DNA of 64,000 nucleotides from Gammaproteobacteria bacterium (GTDB lineage Bacteria; Pseudomonadota; Gammaproteobacteria; UBA1113): NCBI GenBank assembly GCA_965230425.1, contig CBDDKW010000024.1, positions 141,727 to 205,726 of the forward strand, read 5' to 3'. Shown piece by piece: positions 60,486 to 64,000 of this stretch (position 1 is its first letter; each line of letters starts with the position of its first letter). The notes under the pieces were generated by a model. It saw only the letters and a program-made list of their open reading frames with translations, ran no database searches and was not told where the DNA came from. The position numbers and the translations under genes were made by a program.

Positions 60486-61238
60486 GTGTTAACAATTGAA
60501 AATCTACATGTCAGTGTCGACGACAAAGACATTCTCAAAGGTATCGACTTACAGGTCAATGCCGGTGAAGTACATGCCATTATGGGACCTAATGGTTCAG
60601 GCAAAAGTACACTAGGTAATGTACTCGCTGGTCGTGAAGGCTACGACATTACTAAGGGTCATATTGAGTATCAACAACAAAATTTATTAGACTTAGATGC
60701 TGATGAACGCGCTCGTGCGGGCATATTTTTAGCTTTTCAGTATCCGGTGGAGATCCCAGGCGTCAATAATGTCTATTTACTCAAAGCTGCCTTAAATGCT
60801 AAACGCAAACAACAAGGCTTGGAAGAAATTGACGCCTTTGATTTTCTGCAATTAGTTAAGAGCCAGTTGAAAAAATTAAAAATGGATGAAACCATGCTTT
60901 ATCGTGATGTGAATGCTGGCTTCTCTGGTGGCGAGAAGAAACGTAATGAAATGTTGCAAATGGCTATTTTAGAACCTGCGCTTGCTATTTTAGATGAAAC
61001 AGATTCCGGTTTAGATATTGATGCGTTAAAAATTGTCGCTGAAAGTATCAATGCCTTACGCAGTGCAGATCGCGCTATTGTCTTGGTGACCCATTACCAA
61101 CGCTTGTTAGATTACATCAAGCCCGATCATATTCATGTGTTATCCAAAGGTAAAATTATTAAATCAGGCGACAGTCAGCTAGCCCATGAATTAGAACAAT
61201 CCGGCTATGGCTGGATTGACGATCAAGCCACGGCATAA
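60486..61238 (+). CDS. sufC: Fe-S cluster assembly ATPase SufC
   Basis: ABC ATPase with Walker A (GPNGSGKST), signature motif (FSGGEKKR) and Walker B (ILDETDSGLD). Confidence 0.95.
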   Translation: MLTIENLHVSVDDKDILKGIDLQVNAGEVHAIMGPNGSGKSTLGNVLAGREGYDITKGHIEYQQQNLLDLDADERARAGIFLAFQYPVEIPGVNNVYLLKAALNAKRKQQGLEEIDAFDFLQLVKSQLKKLKMDETMLYRDVNAGFSGGEKKRNEMLQMAILEPALAILDETDSGLDIDALKIVAESINALRSADRAIVLVTHYQRLLDYIKPDHIHVLSKGKIIKSGDSQLAHELEQSGYGWIDDQATA

Positions 61239-61257
61239 TGCCGACGAGGTTTTTATT

Positions 61258-62580
61258 ATGACAGACACAATTGAACATTATCAACAGCTATTCAACCAGC
61301 ATGAAAAGCAACTAGTTGGTGCTGACGTTAAATGGCTACAAGATTCACGTCAACAAGCTATGCAAGCATTCTGTGAGCATGGCTTTCCTACTACGCGCCA
61401 AGAAGACTGGAAATATACCAATACAAAGTCTCTAACACGTTATCAATTTAGATTTATTGATGATGCCTCTCAAGATGTAAGTGAATGGTTTGACACTCAC
61501 CCTCTCACACTAGAATGCTACCAAATTGCCTTTGTTGATGGACGTTTTAGCCCAGAACATTCGCAGCTTGCCGATCTGCCTAAAAATGTTATTGTTGAAA
61601 ATTTAGCAACAACACTGGCGGATACTCCCGAGCTCATGACTGATTTATTTCATGATGAAGACAGTATTTCCAGTTTTGATAAATTAAACCATGCTTTTTT
61701 TGATGATGGTTTATTCATTAAAGTCAGTGACAATACCCAGTGTGATAAACCTATTCGTGTAGTCATGCTGTCAACTCAGCATGATACTGAAGTTATGTCC
61801 CACTTACGTAATTTTATTTTATTAGGTACTCATGCTGAAGCCAATATCATTATGGAATATCATAGTTTGACTGAAGCCACACATTTTAATACTTATGTTA
61901 ATGAAGTCTATCTCGACGACAATGCGCACTTACAATTACACACCCTGCAGAATACCACCACACAGGCATACTTGGTGACACAGACTCAAATCTACCAAAG
62001 TGATCACAGTCGCTTGACACATCACCATTTCGATTTTGGTGGTCAACTGGTACGTCACGATATCAATACCCAGCTATTAGGCCCAGGCGCACACTGCGAC
62101 TTAAATGGTGTATACATGCCTAGTGGCAAACAGCATATAGATAATCATACCTGTATTGAGCATCAATCAGCTCACACTACTAGTAAGCAATTTTACAAAG
62201 GTATTCTGGCTGATCGTAGCCGTGGCGTCTTTAATGGCCAAGTATTCGTGCAAGAGCAAGCACAGAAAGTGGATGCCCAGCAACAAAATAAAAACTTATT
62301 ATTATCTGATAAAGCAGAGATCGATACTAAGCCACAGCTAGAGATTTATGCTGATGATGTAAAATGCGCCCACGGTGCCACTATCGGTCAACTGGATGAA
62401 GATAGCATATTTTACTTACTATCTCGCGGTATTGAACTAGACAAAGCAAAGGATATTCTTAGCTTTGGTTTTGCTCATGAAATGTTAAATTATATTAATC
62501 ATGAATCAATACAGCAGTATATTTCCCAAACTATGTTGAAGAAATTTGATTCTGGCAACTACATTGAGAGCTTATTATGA
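61258..62580 (+). CDS. sufD: Fe-S cluster assembly protein SufD
   Basis: A SufB paralogue with a beta-helix fold. It sits between sufC and sufS. The start was chosen at the internal ATG. Confidence 0.9.
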   Translation: MTDTIEHYQQLFNQHEKQLVGADVKWLQDSRQQAMQAFCEHGFPTTRQEDWKYTNTKSLTRYQFRFIDDASQDVSEWFDTHPLTLECYQIAFVDGRFSPEHSQLADLPKNVIVENLATTLADTPELMTDLFHDEDSISSFDKLNHAFFDDGLFIKVSDNTQCDKPIRVVMLSTQHDTEVMSHLRNFILLGTHAEANIIMEYHSLTEATHFNTYVNEVYLDDNAHLQLHTLQNTTTQAYLVTQTQIYQSDHSRLTHHHFDFGGQLVRHDINTQLLGPGAHCDLNGVYMPSGKQHIDNHTCIEHQSAHTTSKQFYKGILADRSRGVFNGQVFVQEQAQKVDAQQQNKNLLLSDKAEIDTKPQLEIYADDVKCAHGATIGQLDEDSIFYLLSRGIELDKAKDILSFGFAHEMLNYINHESIQQYISQTMLKKFDSGNYIESLL

Positions 62581-63836
62581 ATACAGTAGAACATATTACT
62601 CCCTCAGAAAATACCTGGATAGACGTAGATGCTGTGCGTGCAGATTTTCCCATTCTGCAACAAAAAGTCCACGGTAAGCCTTTAGTTTATTTAGATAATG
62701 CGGCCACTGCTCAGAAACCAAAAAGCGTTATCAGTGTAGTCAATGATTACTATGAAACTACTAATGCAAATATTCACCGTGGCGTACATAGCCTCAGTGA
62801 GAAAGCTACCATTCAATATGAGCAAACTCGAGAAAAAATAAAACGCTTTATTCACGCCCACGATGCTAAGGAAATTATCTTTGTCCGTGGTGCAACTGAG
62901 GCGATTAATCTGGTTGCACATAGTTACGGACGTAGCCAATTACAAGCAGGTGATGAAATTCTTATTACCGAAATCGAGCATCACTCTAATATTGTCCCCT
63001 GGCAATTACTCTGTGAACAAACTGGCGCTGTTTTAAAAGTAGCCCCCATGAATGATCAGGGTGAGATTATTATTGAAGAATATAAACAATTACTCAGTGA
63101 AAAAACTAAAATTGTTGGTATTGTGCATATATCCAATGCCCTCGGTACCATTAATCCGGTGCAACAAATGACACAGCTAGCGCATGCAGTGGGTGCGAAG
63201 GTGTTAATCGATGGCGCCCAGGCCGCACCTCATGCGAAGATTGATGTACAAGCGATTGATTGTGATTTTTATGTCTTATCTGGCCATAAGGCTTACGGCC
63301 CAACCGGCGTAGGTATTTTATATGGCAAAAAAGATTTATTAGAGACCATGCCACCCTACCAAGGCGGTGGTGAGATGATTACCAAAGTAAGCTTTACCGA
63401 AACACTCTATAATATAGTGCCCCATAAATTTGAAGCAGGTACACCAAATATTGCCGGAGTGATCGGCTTAGGTGCTGCTCTAGATTATATTGAACACATC
63501 GGTATTAATAATATCGCTGCTTATGAGCAAGAATTATTGCACTATGCAACGAAACGTGCGCTGCAATATCCAGGCTTAACAATTATTGGGACGGCAAAGG
63601 AAAAAGCAAGTATTCTATCATTTGTCTTAGAAGACATTCATGCTCATGACATTGGCACTATTCTTGATCATGAAGGTGTTGCAATTCGTACCGGCCATCA
63701 CTGTGCCATGCCAGCCATGGAACATTTTGATGTTGCAGCCACAGCGCGTGCTTCCTTTGCATTCTATAATACTCAGCAAGAAATAGATGCTTTGTTCAAC
63801 GGTTTAGATAAGGTCAAAGAGGTATTTGCCCGATGA
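62577..63836 (+). CDS. sufS: Cysteine desulfurase SufS (group II)
   Basis: Has the PLP-Lys region (SGHKAYGPTGVG) and the catalytic Cys loop (RTGHHCAMP). Confidence 0.95.
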   Translation: MNTVEHITPSENTWIDVDAVRADFPILQQKVHGKPLVYLDNAATAQKPKSVISVVNDYYETTNANIHRGVHSLSEKATIQYEQTREKIKRFIHAHDAKEIIFVRGATEAINLVAHSYGRSQLQAGDEILITEIEHHSNIVPWQLLCEQTGAVLKVAPMNDQGEIIIEEYKQLLSEKTKIVGIVHISNALGTINPVQQMTQLAHAVGAKVLIDGAQAAPHAKIDVQAIDCDFYVLSGHKAYGPTGVGILYGKKDLLETMPPYQGGGEMITKVSFTETLYNIVPHKFEAGTPNIAGVIGLGAALDYIEHIGINNIAAYEQELLHYATKRALQYPGLTIIGTAKEKASILSFVLEDIHAHDIGTILDHEGVAIRTGHHCAMPAMEHFDVAATARASFAFYNTQQEIDALFNGLDKVKEVFAR

Positions 63837-64000
63837 ATGATTTACGTGAACTTTATCAACAGGTCATCGTGGATCATAATCGTTGTCCGCGTAATTTTTG
63901 TAAGCTAGACAATGCAAACCGCACCGCTGAGGGCTTTAACCCCCTGTGTGGTGATACCTTGACTATTTATTTTCACGTTGAAGATGGCATTATTACTGAC
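63833..64000 (+). CDS. SufU/IscU-like NifU-family Fe-S scaffold, N-terminal part (truncated by the window end)
   Basis: MNDLRELYQQVIVDHNRCPRNF...NPLCGDTLTIYF matches the SufU N-terminus. It overlaps the sufS stop (ATGA). Confidence 0.7.
   Translation, partial: MNDLRELYQQVIVDHNRCPRNFCKLDNANRTAEGFNPLCGDTLTIYFHVEDGIITD

Noticed and set aside
1-64000. IS elements or transposases and a CRISPR-Cas locus
   Set aside because: No DDE/HUH transposase-like ORFs, terminal inverted repeats with target duplications, or repeat-spacer arrays were seen anywhere in the window.

Overview
This 64-kb window looks like chromosome from a low-GC gammaproteobacterium of the order Legionellales. The partial 16S sequence at the left edge is Coxiella/Legionella-like. 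Recognisable housekeeping blocks include tyrS next to the rrn operon, hemL, sfsA-dksA, hemA-prfA-prmC divergent from lolB, prs, a DEAD-box helicase, rplY-pth-ychF, recG, nusB-thiL-pgpA, nrdR-glyA, ettA, and an Rrf2-regulated sufBCDS(U) operon. Several AT-rich accessory segments interrupt this core. They carry large orphan proteins of the kind seen among Dot/Icm-type effectors, including a 1721-aa ankyrin-repeat protein, a 740-aa protein, and a 40-aa-repeat coiled-coil protein with a transmembrane anchor. An island beside tRNA-Met carries an AbiEi/AbiEii toxin-antitoxin pair. The candidates for something undescribed are: (1) a composite four-hairpin REP/MITE-like element that splits a HigB/RelE-like toxin gene and leaves its XRE antitoxin orphaned, with one 38-bp module recurring as the prs/helicase bidirectional terminator; (2) a gene remnant spread over three consecutive reading frames, with faint thiolase-fold motifs; (3) two long intergenic inverted repeats flanking an ompA-family gene; (4) a DUF1640/XhlA-like coiled-coil protein built from perfect 120-bp tandem DNA repeats. 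The ORF track also missed a 54-aa rubredoxin gene. No CRISPR array, transposase or integrase was seen. Coordinates derived by hand may be off by 1-2 nt.
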